DNA of 64,000 nt from sequence record PV730299.1; one strand, given 5' to 3'. The notes under the pieces were generated by a model. It worked only from the letters and a program-made list of their open reading frames with translations, ran no database searches and was not told the origin of the DNA. The DNA comes from a phage. The position numbers were made by a program, and so were the translations under genes. Shown piece by piece: positions 1-9,182 of the stretch (the stretch's first letter is position 1; each line of letters starts with the position of its first letter).

Positions 1-1821
1 AAGCTGCGCCTGCTCCAGCTGATGTTCGTCCTTGCTTACCGCACCAAGTCCAACTATGAGGACGGCCTGGGTACTGTGGCTCCGTGGCTGGCCATGTGCT
101 ACTATCGCCTGTACGAGAAGGGGATAGTACCTAAGATCCAGCGTGTATACGATGGTCCGACCGACTTTGAGGGTGCATACGTCATGGATGTGACACCAGG
201 AATCTACTTCTGGGTCTTCTCGGAAGATTTGAACTCCCTGTATCCTCACATCATTCAGCAGTACAACCTCGGTCCAGAGACTATCGTTGGCGACAAACAC
301 CAGCGCCGCGAGATTATTGAGGCTATGTGTGAAGAGCTGGCTGCTCAGATGAATAACATGGCAACGCCGATGCACAAACGTCGGTTGATGAAAGCCCTTC
401 ACGACAAGCTGTTGCGTGCGGTTGATGAACGCCTGCAGGTTGTTGATGAGTTGGTTGCCCTGGGTGAGTTCCACTTTGAAACCCTGCGCCGCTACAACGT
501 GTCGTTCACACCGAACGTTCAATTCTTCAGCAACGAGAAGATGTCGTTCCTGTCTGAAATCATGCGCGGTATCTACAGCGACCGTAAAGTAGAGAAGGCC
601 AAGGGGCTGAAGTACGAGCAGTGGGCTGGTTGGTGTAAAGAGATGTCGAAGGGCGACTTCCATCTTGAGTCTGCCATGAAGTCTCGCTACTATGACCCAG
701 AGTGGTATGAAGAGCACAAGAACATTGATCTTGATGCCCTGACCGAAGTGATGAAGAAGTGGGAAGACCTGGGCGTCGCTCAAGATACCCTTCAACAAGG
801 TCTGAAGATCTTGATGAACGCAGGTTATGGCGCGATCTCAAACGTCTGGTTCAAAGAGTACTTCAACCTCAACATTGCCGAAGCCATCACCACATCCGGT
901 CAGCTGATCAACAAGTGGAACAAGCGTTACACCGATGATTATCTGAACAAGCTGTGTGGTACAACAGGCCAGGACTTCGTCATCGCAGGGGATACCGACT
1001 CCAACTACATCTGCATTGAGCGTCTTGTCAAGCATTTGTGGCCTGATGTTACTGACCATCATGCTATGGTTGATAATATCGACCAATGGATCAAAGACAA
1101 CTACCAGCCGAAGACCAATGAGTGGGCACAGCTTCTGTGTAACACCATGAACGGATTTGAACAGCGCATGGTGTGGGAGCGTGAGGTCATTGCGTCAGCC
1201 GCTGTCTGGCGAGCCAAGAAGATGTATGCCATGGCCGTGTACGACAGTGAGGGTATCAAGTACGAGAAGCCGAAGATCAAGTTCAAAGGTCTGGAAGCCC
1301 GCAAGTCCACCACACCGGAATGGTGTCGTGAGCGTCTTGTCAAGTGCTATGAGAAGATCCTACTCGGCACCGAAGAGGAAGTGCAGACGCTCATCTCCCA
1401 GTACAAAGAGGAGTATATGAAACTCTCTGTAGACGATATCGCCAAGGCGTCAGGTGTGTCCGACATAGAGAAGTGTGTGGCTGCTGACGGATCGTTTATA
1501 TCTGGTGCTCATTTTGCTGCCAAGGCGTGTGTGGGCTACAACCGTCTGGTTGAGAAGAACGAAGATCTGGGTCTACCGATGATCGAGTCGGGTGATAAGG
1601 TACAGATGGTGTTGTTGAAGCCGGGCAACCCGTTTGGGCAGAACTACTTTGCATATCCTGAGTTCTTCCCCGAGGAGCTTGGTCTGGGCAAATGGGTGGA
1701 TTATCAGGCGGCCTTTGAGAAGTCCTTCATTGATCCGATTCAGTCTATCCTCGACGTGGTCGGCTGGTCACACAAGCGCCGTGTGAACCTTCTTGCCATG
1801 ATGCAAAAGAAGAAAGGTTGA
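1..1821 (+). CDS. 43: DNA polymerase, family B (T4 gp43-like), C-terminal part; 5' end lies upstream of the window
   Basis: Frame is open from base 1. Motif B-like KILMNAGYG and motif C VIAGDTDS seen in the translation; overall shape matches the palm/thumb region of T4-type polymerases. Confidence 0.88.
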   Translation, partial: KLRLLQLMFVLAYRTKSNYEDGLGTVAPWLAMCYYRLYEKGIVPKIQRVYDGPTDFEGAYVMDVTPGIYFWVFSEDLNSLYPHIIQQYNLGPETIVGDKHQRREIIEAMCEELAAQMNNMATPMHKRRLMKALHDKLLRAVDERLQVVDELVALGEFHFETLRRYNVSFTPNVQFFSNEKMSFLSEIMRGIYSDRKVEKAKGLKYEQWAGWCKEMSKGDFHLESAMKSRYYDPEWYEEHKNIDLDALTEVMKKWEDLGVAQDTLQQGLKILMNAGYGAISNVWFKEYFNLNIAEAITTSGQLINKWNKRYTDDYLNKLCGTTGQDFVIAGDTDSNYICIERLVKHLWPDVTDHHAMVDNIDQWIKDNYQPKTNEWAQLLCNTMNGFEQRMVWEREVIASAAVWRAKKMYAMAVYDSEGIKYEKPKIKFKGLEARKSTTPEWCRERLVKCYEKILLGTEEEVQTLISQYKEEYMKLSVDDIAKASGVSDIEKCVAADGSFISGAHFAAKACVGYNRLVEKNEDLGLPMIESGDKVQMVLLKPGNPFGQNYFAYPEFFPEELGLGKWVDYQAAFEKSFIDPIQSILDVVGWSHKRRVNLLAMMQKKKG

Positions 1822-1833
1822 TTCAATAAACCA

Positions 1834-1857
1834 AAGGGGGATATAATTCCCCCTGTT
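1834..1857 (+). terminator. stem-loop downstream of the polymerase gene (weak intrinsic terminator)
   Basis: AGGGGG / CCCCCT stem with AT-rich loop ATATAATT, preceded by TTCAATAAA; U-tract weak. Confidence 0.4.
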
Positions 1858-1883
1858 AACCCTTTGACAAACAGGTGATTGAA

Positions 1884-2225
1884 ATGAAACTCAATAAGAT
1901 TCTTCTGGTGTGCGCTCTGGCTTTCTCTACCACTGCGTGTTCCACCCTTCTGGACGTTGCTTCTACTGTAGACCTTGACGCGCCGACGTTCACCAATGAG
2001 CAGGCCGTGTCCAAGATGGAAGACACCATCAAGGCGCATGCAGCACTGGACAACACTACCCCAGGTCCGCTCCAAACTGTCTGCAACTATGACGATTCCA
2101 TCCAGGAAGACGAAACTTACCACTGCATCACCTACGTGAAGCAGGCCTCCGTCGTTCTGTATGCAGATTGTACCGAAGAACAGTGTGTTGCTACAGGCTA
2201 CGATAAAGTTGAGGAAGACAAATGA
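1884..2225 (+). CDS. putative lipoprotein / secreted small protein
   Basis: ATG at 1884 with AGGTGA 6 nt upstream (the track's 1875 start is GTG); N-terminal signal-like hydrophobic segment LLVCALAFSTTAC ending in Cys. Confidence 0.45.
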   Translation: MKLNKILLVCALAFSTTACSTLLDVASTVDLDAPTFTNEQAVSKMEDTIKAHAALDNTTPGPLQTVCNYDDSIQEDETYHCITYVKQASVVLYADCTEEQCVATGYDKVEEDK

Positions 2226-3001
2226 ACAACCTGGTTTGTATCTATGATATGAAATCAAAGGTCGGTGGCCTGTATCGCGTCCTCGTGGATGTTGACCTGA
2301 CGTTGGTCGACAGCCTCTCCCCTTGGGTGCAGTGGTTTAACGAAGAGAACATCGCCGCCGCTGCTATCGCTACGGGGGAACATAAGTCATACCAGTTCCA
2401 GCCGATTACCAAAGAGTGTTATATGTCCCATGCTGGCGACCTGGCTATTCTGATGCGTGAACGTGCGCATCCGGCGTGGCTATACCATGAAGTCCAATTG
2501 GGGATGCACAAACAACGTGTGCCAAGCGGTAACGATCCTATGGACTGGTGGCGTCGCCCTGACTTGTACGCCAAGATGAACCCACTTCCTGGTGCTTACG
2601 AGTTCCTGGTGAATCTGAAGAAGATTCTGCTCGAAGACTTTGACAATGTTGAATTCATCGCGGTGTCGAAGTGCGAGCCGGAACACGAGCGCAGCAAGCG
2701 TCAGTTTGTCTATGATAAGTTCCCTGGTATCTTCAACGGGTTTGTCAGCACCGACGAAAAGCATCTGCTGGCTGGCGATGTCCTGATTGATGACAATCCG
2801 AAGTATGTCGAGCCATGCGGTCTGAACAACATCTTTGTCATCTTTGTTCCTCAGGGCAATTATGAAAAACTGGATCTTTCGAATTCGGAAGACATGCTTT
2901 ATATTAAACCAGTAGAAGGCCAGAATCACTTCGACTTCCTGAACCGCAATATTGTTGAAGTGGTTAACCGCCTGATTAGTCATTATCAATACGTCCGATA
3001 G
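2222..3001 (+). CDS. HAD-superfamily phosphatase, 5'(3')-deoxyribonucleotidase-like
   Basis: HAD motif I-like VDVDLTLVD near the N-terminus and a C-terminal LIDDNP motif typical of the NT5C nucleotidase family; ATGA overlap with the upstream gene. Confidence 0.45.
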   Translation: MNNLVCIYDMKSKVGGLYRVLVDVDLTLVDSLSPWVQWFNEENIAAAAIATGEHKSYQFQPITKECYMSHAGDLAILMRERAHPAWLYHEVQLGMHKQRVPSGNDPMDWWRRPDLYAKMNPLPGAYEFLVNLKKILLEDFDNVEFIAVSKCEPEHERSKRQFVYDKFPGIFNGFVSTDEKHLLAGDVLIDDNPKYVEPCGLNNIFVIFVPQGNYEKLDLSNSEDMLYIKPVEGQNHFDFLNRNIVEVVNRLISHYQYVR

Positions 3002-3010
3002 GAGGACATC

Positions 3011-3316
3011 GTGCAAGAACAATCCAAGTTTGGGGAAACCCCAGACAAGCGTTCCGGTGATAGCGACATGGATAGCGTGATTAACCATGTGAACAACTTC
3101 ATTCGTCAGCAGGAGACTCCAACTCCTATCGGTGCAGCCAAGGCTCTTCATGATGTACTGGTGAAGATCGGCCAGCGCTCTGAAGCGGATGAAATCTTCT
3201 ATAACTTTGAAGACCAGTATAAAGTGAAGTTTGAAGAAAACGGTCGTCCGCAGGTTGCTGTGTTCTGGGCACCTTGGCTGGGCGGCGTGAGCTGGCGTAT
3301 TGAGGATGCTGTGTAA
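3011..3316 (+). CDS. hypothetical protein
   Basis: GTG start preceded by AGGAGG at 2999-3004; stop overlaps the next start (ATGCTG). Confidence 0.5.
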   Translation: MQEQSKFGETPDKRSGDSDMDSVINHVNNFIRQQETPTPIGAAKALHDVLVKIGQRSEADEIFYNFEDQYKVKFEENGRPQVAVFWAPWLGGVSWRIEDAV

Positions 3317-4002
3317 TGCTGTCGCTCTACCTGATCACGAATCTCGTCAATCATAAATTCTATATCGGTGTCACCTCAGAACCGGATAGGCGGTTGGCTG
3401 AGCATAAGTGTGGTCAGGGGAGCATTGCATTACAACGAGCGTTCAAGAAATACGGTGAAGACCAGTTCAAGTTTGAAGTTCTGTTCCGAGGGAAAGATTC
3501 GGTTATCCTTGAGATAGAGTCTGAACTGGTCTGCCAGGAGATCCTTGACTCTGGGTGGTGCTACAACATGGTCGTCGGGGGTGGGAAGCCTCCATTGGCC
3601 ACGCCAGAGTCATCCGCAAAGAGCGCCGCAACCCGCAAACGTTTGATCGCTGAAGGTAAGATTAAACCTCCACCAAGACTCACCCCTGAAGCACAAGCCA
3701 GAAAGGGTAAGATCATAAGCAAATTGATGTCAGAAGGGAAGATCCCCAAACCACCAAGACCTTCCTCTGAATCTCAAACGCGTGGAGGGGGAACTAGGAA
3801 GAGGCTGCATGCTCTTGGTCTGATAGACATTGGTCCTGGTCGCGATGAAAAGATTTACAAATGGCAGCACAAAGATGGTCGCATCGTTGAGTTAAGAAGA
3901 TGCGACATGGAACTTCAATATGGCCTCCCTTCCGGTAATATAACGAATCTCTTGAAAGGTAGGGCTAAAACATGTCTCGGTTGGAGAATATTAAATGGCT
4001 AA
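3316..4002 (+). CDS. GIY-YIG homing endonuclease
   Basis: N-terminal LYLITNLVNHKFYIGVT (GIY...YIG signature) followed by two basic repeats GKIKPPPRLTPEAQARKGK / GKIPKPPRPSSESQTRGGG resembling NUMOD-type DNA-binding repeats. Confidence 0.75.
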   Translation: MLSLYLITNLVNHKFYIGVTSEPDRRLAEHKCGQGSIALQRAFKKYGEDQFKFEVLFRGKDSVILEIESELVCQEILDSGWCYNMVVGGGKPPLATPESSAKSAATRKRLIAEGKIKPPPRLTPEAQARKGKIISKLMSEGKIPKPPRPSSESQTRGGGTRKRLHALGLIDIGPGRDEKIYKWQHKDGRIVELRRCDMELQYGLPSGNITNLLKGRAKTCLGWRILNG

Positions 4003-4912
4003 AATAATTGTAGTGAAAGGCACCTCGGCCACGGGCAAGGGTACGAGAGTGGTCCAGTTCATCGAATGGCTGCGCACTAAGCTGGAGCCTACCGAACTGA
4101 CCTACACCGTTGGTGACAAGACTCGCCCGTTTGGCCTGAAGTTCGGAGAGCTGAAGTTAATCTTCGTTGGGCAGTACACCGTGTCTAACAAATCCGGTCT
4201 GGCTTCCTGGACTTCAATGGATGCAATCCATGCTGCTACAGGCTCAGGCGATATTGCTCGTGATCTAATCAAGTGCTGGTTGGTTCAGGGATACACTCTG
4301 GTGTGTGAGGGCGAACCTCTCATGCTATCGGACAAATGGCGTCCTGAATGGATGTTCAAGAACTATCCGATTGAATCATTGGCGCTGCTGTACTTTGCGT
4401 ACCCCGACCGCTATCAGTACGATGCTCGTATCCGTGGTCGATCTGGTAAAGAAGCAGGGAACTCCGGCTGGTCGCGCAACGAATCTTACTACAAGGAGTT
4501 TGAGAAGTCGAAGGCCGAAATGCTGGCGCTGGGCTTCACTGTGGCTGTTGATGATTACAGCGGACAGGATATCCTGTATAAATCACCGGATGCCAACACC
4601 AAGGAGTTCACAACCAAACAGCAGTCTGAGTTGGCGGTACTACCGTTCGACGCCCCGCTGTGGGTTGTGGGTAATGCGATTTGTCATCAGATCCGCTCTG
4701 AACTGCGTGGTGTTGACATGCACACCAAAGACTTCTACGCCTACTGTGAAACCAATCCGATGACTCGTGAAATCGGCGGCCAGGATCCTTTGGCGCACAG
4801 AGTCCCTGAGAAGCCGCAGAAGGCATCCAAAACTAAAACCAAGGCGAGCGCCCAGCCAGAAGCACCGAAGGCAGCGTCGCGCTCTCTCCTTGACCTGATG
4901 AAGAAGGGGTGA
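3995..4912 (+). CDS. P-loop NTPase, kinase-like; function unassigned
   Basis: Walker A-like GTSATGKGT at residues 9-17 and a Walker B-like LVCEGE; 305 aa. No match recognised to T4 Pnk, Tk or gp1. Confidence 0.5.
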   Translation: MAKIIVVKGTSATGKGTRVVQFIEWLRTKLEPTELTYTVGDKTRPFGLKFGELKLIFVGQYTVSNKSGLASWTSMDAIHAATGSGDIARDLIKCWLVQGYTLVCEGEPLMLSDKWRPEWMFKNYPIESLALLYFAYPDRYQYDARIRGRSGKEAGNSGWSRNESYYKEFEKSKAEMLALGFTVAVDDYSGQDILYKSPDANTKEFTTKQQSELAVLPFDAPLWVVGNAICHQIRSELRGVDMHTKDFYAYCETNPMTREIGGQDPLAHRVPEKPQKASKTKTKASAQPEAPKAASRSLLDLMKKG

Positions 4913-5112
4913 TCATGAAACGGTTGTCTAATTATCTGTTGTTCATTGGTCTGGTTATGGCAGCCGTTTCAATGTGTACTGCCCTAGCCTATCATTTCAC
5001 CCCTCTGGACTTAACAACCTCAGAGAAGTTGAACGTGACTGTGATGTACTGTATTGGCGCGGTGATGTCTATCGGCGCTGCTGGTTACAAAATATTCAAG
5101 GAACCAAAATGA
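4909..5112 (+). CDS. small membrane protein
   Basis: Two hydrophobic helices (LLFIGLVMAAVSMC and MYCIGAVMSIGAAGY); ATGA overlaps with neighbours on both sides. Confidence 0.45.
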   Translation: MIMKRLSNYLLFIGLVMAAVSMCTALAYHFTPLDLTTSEKLNVTVMYCIGAVMSIGAAGYKIFKEPK

Positions 5113-5489
5113 AAATTCAAATCCCTCGCGATGCTGTGGCTGTTGCGATCGACTACACCGGAAACGCCAAGCACATTACTGCCGTGCGCCTGATTCCTGA
5201 AAAGAACTGCGTCATCCCTCAGTTCCAACTGAATGCCAATCCGTCGTCCAAAGACTTTGGCAAGTGGTTGCAGGCTGCTCCGTTCCGTACCCAGACGAAC
5301 GCTCAGATGTTCATCTCGAGTAAGACCCACACCGCAGCCCGTCTGTGGTTCGTGACCGCTGACCGTCGCTTTGTCGATATGTGGGAACGTCCGATGGGGT
5401 TCGTGAAGCCGGAAGATATTCAGCTGGCTCCTGAGCCTGAAGCTGTGGCTCCTGAAGAGGAAGCGAAAGATGAAAATCAAGCAGGTTGA
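5109..5489 (+). CDS. hypothetical protein
   Basis: In-frame ATG at 5109 overlapping the upstream stop (ATGA); the track's longer ORF from 4974 would overlap the upstream gene. Confidence 0.5.
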   Translation: MKIQIPRDAVAVAIDYTGNAKHITAVRLIPEKNCVIPQFQLNANPSSKDFGKWLQAAPFRTQTNAQMFISSKTHTAARLWFVTADRRFVDMWERPMGFVKPEDIQLAPEPEAVAPEEEAKDENQAG

Positions 5490-5655
5490 TTTTATCTTCA
5501 TGATGTTGATGTTCGTTATCTTTACGGTTTCGCTGGTCGGCGTCATGGTCACAGAAGGAGTGCAACAGCGCCCATTCTTGGTGATATGTCCTGTATCTAT
5601 CGCCACTTTCTTCTATCTGGCGTTCCGTGTTGAACTCGGGAGTAAAATCGGATGA
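5470..5655 (+). CDS. small membrane protein
   Basis: 61 aa with two predicted transmembrane segments; overlaps the downstream start by 4 nt. Confidence 0.4.
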   Translation: MKIKQVDFIFMMLMFVIFTVSLVGVMVTEGVQQRPFLVICPVSIATFFYLAFRVELGSKIG

Positions 5656-6887
5656 CACATCTGTCTAAAATGCCGCAGGGATATAAAGCCCCTGAAAAAT
5701 GGAAATACCCGATTGATCTGGCAATAGATTATCGTAAGCCAGAAAATCGCATGTACCTACTCAAGGCTTGGGTGGAGGCGCTGTCCTACACCGAAGAGCA
5801 CAACCAGCAGATGCGTCTGATGGACTATGCGATCGAAGTCACTGAAGGTATCAGCCTCGAACAGAAAGTCGAGCGCAAGATCTGGATGGCATTCCTGTGG
5901 GGTTGTTGCTATAACGCCGTCGGGCCGTGGACGATCTACAGTGAGTTCCCTGTACCACCCCAGTCCAAAGAAGGGATGCAGCGCTTCTCTGATTGGTATA
6001 ATCTGAACTTTGATCGCATGCGATTCGATACCGACTGTCGCTACCGCAAGTCCAAGATGATTCCGTGTGTTCAGTCCTATATTGACTGGCTGGCTGGCCG
6101 TACTCAATATGACGCTTTCCGTGGGATGTTGGTGTGCATCGATAAGACAGAACAATTCACCCAGCTGTGGGACACGGCGATGTCCTGGAAATACTTCGGT
6201 CGCCTGAGCGCCTGGAACTTCCTGGAAGCCCTGAACATGGTCTTCGGGAACGAATACACCATTGACGTCCCTGGCTTCATGCTGCGTGATCGTGATGGAA
6301 GCGAGTCCAACCGTAATGGCGCGGCGTTCTTGTCCAACCGTGACGATTGGGTGACTAAACACGGGAAGAAAAAGATCAACGGTTGTCCTATCACGGATGA
6401 AGAGTGTGACATCCTTGAGGCCGACCTTGAGCAGGCGTTCCAGGATTGTGTGGCTGAGTTCGGGCACCTGACGTTCATCAACCGCCTGAACTTTGAAACC
6501 TCCGGCGCTTGTTGGCTGAAGAAATTCTTCCGACTGAAGAATACCCGTTACATCGGGTGGGACGCAGAGCGTACCTGGGATGAGATAGACTACATGGAAC
6601 GCGTCTGGCCTGAATACTCCTGCGCAGAGCTCTGGGAAGCCCGTTCGCTCTGGCTGCCAGATACCCTGTTATGTGAAAAGGCTCCTGCAGGGCACGTTCC
6701 AGGCGTCCAGAAGTGGAAGATGCCTGTATTCTTTGAGACTGGTGTTCCTCTGCATATCTGGCACCTGCAAAAGGGTACGCGCTGGGAACCATCCGAGGTA
6801 TGTACGAACCTGAAGATGCCTGTGCGCAAGGTTGAGGACAAGTCGAAGTCCAGCAGCGTCAACCTCATGGCACTCTTGAAACGCTGA
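5652..6887 (+). CDS. hypothetical protein (411 aa), function unassigned
   Basis: Long uninterrupted ORF, translationally coupled to the upstream gene; no motif recognised. Confidence 0.65.
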   Translation: MTHLSKMPQGYKAPEKWKYPIDLAIDYRKPENRMYLLKAWVEALSYTEEHNQQMRLMDYAIEVTEGISLEQKVERKIWMAFLWGCCYNAVGPWTIYSEFPVPPQSKEGMQRFSDWYNLNFDRMRFDTDCRYRKSKMIPCVQSYIDWLAGRTQYDAFRGMLVCIDKTEQFTQLWDTAMSWKYFGRLSAWNFLEALNMVFGNEYTIDVPGFMLRDRDGSESNRNGAAFLSNRDDWVTKHGKKKINGCPITDEECDILEADLEQAFQDCVAEFGHLTFINRLNFETSGACWLKKFFRLKNTRYIGWDAERTWDEIDYMERVWPEYSCAELWEARSLWLPDTLLCEKAPAGHVPGVQKWKMPVFFETGVPLHIWHLQKGTRWEPSEVCTNLKMPVRKVEDKSKSSSVNLMALLKR

Positions 6888-6894
6888 TATAAAT

Positions 6895-6917
6895 ATCCTC
6901 GCCTATAAAGCGAGGAT
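6895..6917 (+). terminator. stem-loop after the 411-aa ORF
   Basis: ATCCTCGC / GCGAGGAT 8-bp stem with loop CTATAAA, followed by ATTATC; overlaps a TATAAATA motif at 6888-6895. Confidence 0.3.
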
Positions 6918-6923
6918 ATTATC

Positions 6924-7091
6924 ATGTTACAAGATCTGCTGGTTTATGCGCTTCCTGGCGCGGTTGTCGGCTTCATTGCTGGTGCTCTGGTCTTCCGTAA
7001 ACACGCGCAAGATGGTGAAGTGATTGTTCAGAAAGGCAAAGAGATTCTGGACCAGATCGAAGCCAAACTGGAAGAGCTGAAGAAAAAGTAA
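6924..7091 (+). CDS. small membrane protein (55 aa)
   Basis: Below the ORF-track size cut-off; ATG at 6924, single hydrophobic helix LVYALPGAVVGFIAGALVF, followed directly by a strong intrinsic terminator. Confidence 0.4.
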   Translation: MLQDLLVYALPGAVVGFIAGALVFRKHAQDGEVIVQKGKEILDQIEAKLEELKKK

Positions 7092-7117
7092 TCTGACTGG
7101 GGTTGCTTCCTTCAATA

Positions 7118-7158
7118 AAGGGGAATGGGTTATTATTAGCCCATTCCCCTTTCTTTTT
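7118..7158 (+). terminator. rho-independent terminator
   Basis: AAGGGGAATGGG / CCCATTCCCCTT stem, loop TTATTATTAG, then TCTTTTT; preceded by TTCAATAAA. Confidence 0.7.
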
Positions 7159-7259
7159 GCAAGAATATACATCATGGCAATGCAACGAATTGAAGATATG
7201 TCTCTACTCAACATGGAAGCGACTTTTGGCGCTTCCGTTATCGTCATGGGAGAATCCAA

Positions 7260-7478
7260 ATGATCAAGAACACCCGAACAATGAAGCGCGCAATCGCTCA
7301 CTGTGTCCATTCAGTGGCAACTATTATGTTCCGCCACCACATCACATTTGATGAAGCACTGGACCCACAGTACCATGAAGAGCGTTGGGATTTGTTGTTA
7401 AAGAACGGCGCCAATCCTGAGCATAAAGATCAACTCCTTGGTATGACCAAGGCGCAGCTCGTCGGTGAATCCAAATGA
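7260..7478 (+). CDS. hypothetical protein
   Basis: 72-aa ORF coupled by ATGA to the downstream membrane protein gene. Confidence 0.4.
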   Translation: MIKNTRTMKRAIAHCVHSVATIMFRHHITFDEALDPQYHEERWDLLLKNGANPEHKDQLLGMTKAQLVGESK

Positions 7479-8590
7479 TCTACCTCCTGTTTGGTGTGCC
7501 ATTGGTACTGGCTATCCTGTTTGTGACCTACCACCGCAAGACCCATGAGCCGAAAGAGACTCTGATAGCGACCGCGATTGTAGTGGTGCTATCCTGTCTG
7601 ATTCAGGCGGGGACTTATGCTGCGTTCTCCCTTGGTAGTTCAGGGGATGTTGAGATCCTGAACGGGTACGTCACTGCAAAGGAGCGGAATGAGGTGAGCT
7701 GTGAGCATTCATATGAATGCAACTGTTACTACACCACATCTTGTACAGGTTCAGGAAATAACCGATCTTGTACACAAACGCGTCATTGCAGCACATGCTA
7801 TGAGCATTCATATGACGTGGACTGGGATGTGTTGACGACTGTCGGTAATCTGACGATTGACCGCATTGATCGTCGCGGCCTTGGTCAGCCCCCGCGCTGG
7901 GCGCAGGTTCAGATCGGCGAACCCGCAGCCCGTGAGCATTCCTACATGAACTATGTGCTGGGTAACAAGGACTCTCTGTTCTCTCGCTCGGACCAGCAGT
8001 TTGCTGAGCGCTTCAAAGACAAGATTCCGAAGTATCCCGAAGTCTATGACTACTATCGCGTCACTCGTGTACTGAATGTGTCTGGTCTGGCGTTACCGAC
8101 CACATACTGGAACGACTATCTGAACAATACTCTGAAAACATTAGGCGCTTCACGTCAGGTCAATATCGTCTGGGTTGTGACTTCCGGTCAGCCAGTTGAA
8201 TACTTCCAGGGCTTGGTCTATGCTTGGGATGGTGGTAAAAAGAACGACGTTATCGTCGTGACCGACATCAACAAAGACCTGAAGATCAACTGGGGTAAGA
8301 GCACTTCGTTCGCTGATGGTATGCATAACCGTGAACTCCACTCTCGCAATGGCATGGCTCTCACAGGCCACGACATGGGTGTCGGTGTCATGGCTGATGT
8401 TGTCGCTAACATCACCAAAGGCTACAACCGCGTTGAGATGAAGGAAATGGAGTACCTGAAGTGGCGGGAACTCAAGACCTGGGAAGTTGTGATTGTTGTT
8501 CTGCTAGGCTGTCTACCGTTCACCGCAATTTTCATATTACAGCGAATGGAGTACAATGGTGGCCGTCGTCGTTATCCGTTTAATTTTTAA
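7475..8590 (+). CDS. Cys-rich membrane protein
   Basis: Two N-terminal and one C-terminal hydrophobic helices; Cys-rich segment CEHSYECNCYYTTSCTGSGNNRSCTQTRHCSTCYEHSY in the predicted external domain. Confidence 0.55.
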   Translation: MIYLLFGVPLVLAILFVTYHRKTHEPKETLIATAIVVVLSCLIQAGTYAAFSLGSSGDVEILNGYVTAKERNEVSCEHSYECNCYYTTSCTGSGNNRSCTQTRHCSTCYEHSYDVDWDVLTTVGNLTIDRIDRRGLGQPPRWAQVQIGEPAAREHSYMNYVLGNKDSLFSRSDQQFAERFKDKIPKYPEVYDYYRVTRVLNVSGLALPTTYWNDYLNNTLKTLGASRQVNIVWVVTSGQPVEYFQGLVYAWDGGKKNDVIVVTDINKDLKINWGKSTSFADGMHNRELHSRNGMALTGHDMGVGVMADVVANITKGYNRVEMKEMEYLKWRELKTWEVVIVVLLGCLPFTAIFILQRMEYNGGRRRYPFNF

Positions 8591-8608
8591 TCAAAAGAGG
8601 AAGTAAGA

Positions 8609-9178
8609 ATGTCTCAATCTAAGGGTATCGCAACAGGTTGGATAGTTGGTTTGGCTTTGCTGGGTATAATGATTCTCGGCATCGGTACAGTCATCAGCTA
8701 CTTCAACGACTTCAACCGCACTGAGCAGCAGGTCAAGAAGTTCAACAAAGACTCCGAGAACTACCTGAGCAACTACACGCTCAAAGTTCAGGAGACGGCG
8801 CAGATTCCTGACATGTATAAAGACGGCCTGAAGGAAGTGATCAAAGGCACGTTCGAAGGGCGTTATGGCGCTGATGGTTCCAAGGCCGTCATGCAGTGGA
8901 TCCAGGAGCAGAATATTCAGTTCGATTCCAGCCTGTACAAAGAGATCCAGGTGGTGATCAGTTCTGGGCGTGATGAATTCCGCATCAGCCAGACCAAGAA
9001 GCTGGATATCTGCACAATATACGAAACTAAGCTGGCTCAGTTCCCTGGTTCGTTGATTGCTGGCATGTTCGGCTACCCGCGTATCGACCTTGACAAGACC
9101 TGTCAGGTGGTGAGTGATACCCGTACCCAGGCCGCGTTCGACGCTGGTATTCAGAAACCGATTAACTTCAAAGGCTGA
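8609..9178 (+). CDS. LemA-family protein
   Basis: N-terminal transmembrane helix and the C-terminal signature FPGSLIAGMFGYPRI ... QKPINF characteristic of LemA proteins. Confidence 0.65.
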   Translation: MSQSKGIATGWIVGLALLGIMILGIGTVISYFNDFNRTEQQVKKFNKDSENYLSNYTLKVQETAQIPDMYKDGLKEVIKGTFEGRYGADGSKAVMQWIQEQNIQFDSSLYKEIQVVISSGRDEFRISQTKKLDICTIYETKLAQFPGSLIAGMFGYPRIDLDKTCQVVSDTRTQAAFDAGIQKPINFKG

Positions 9179-9182
9179 TGTC

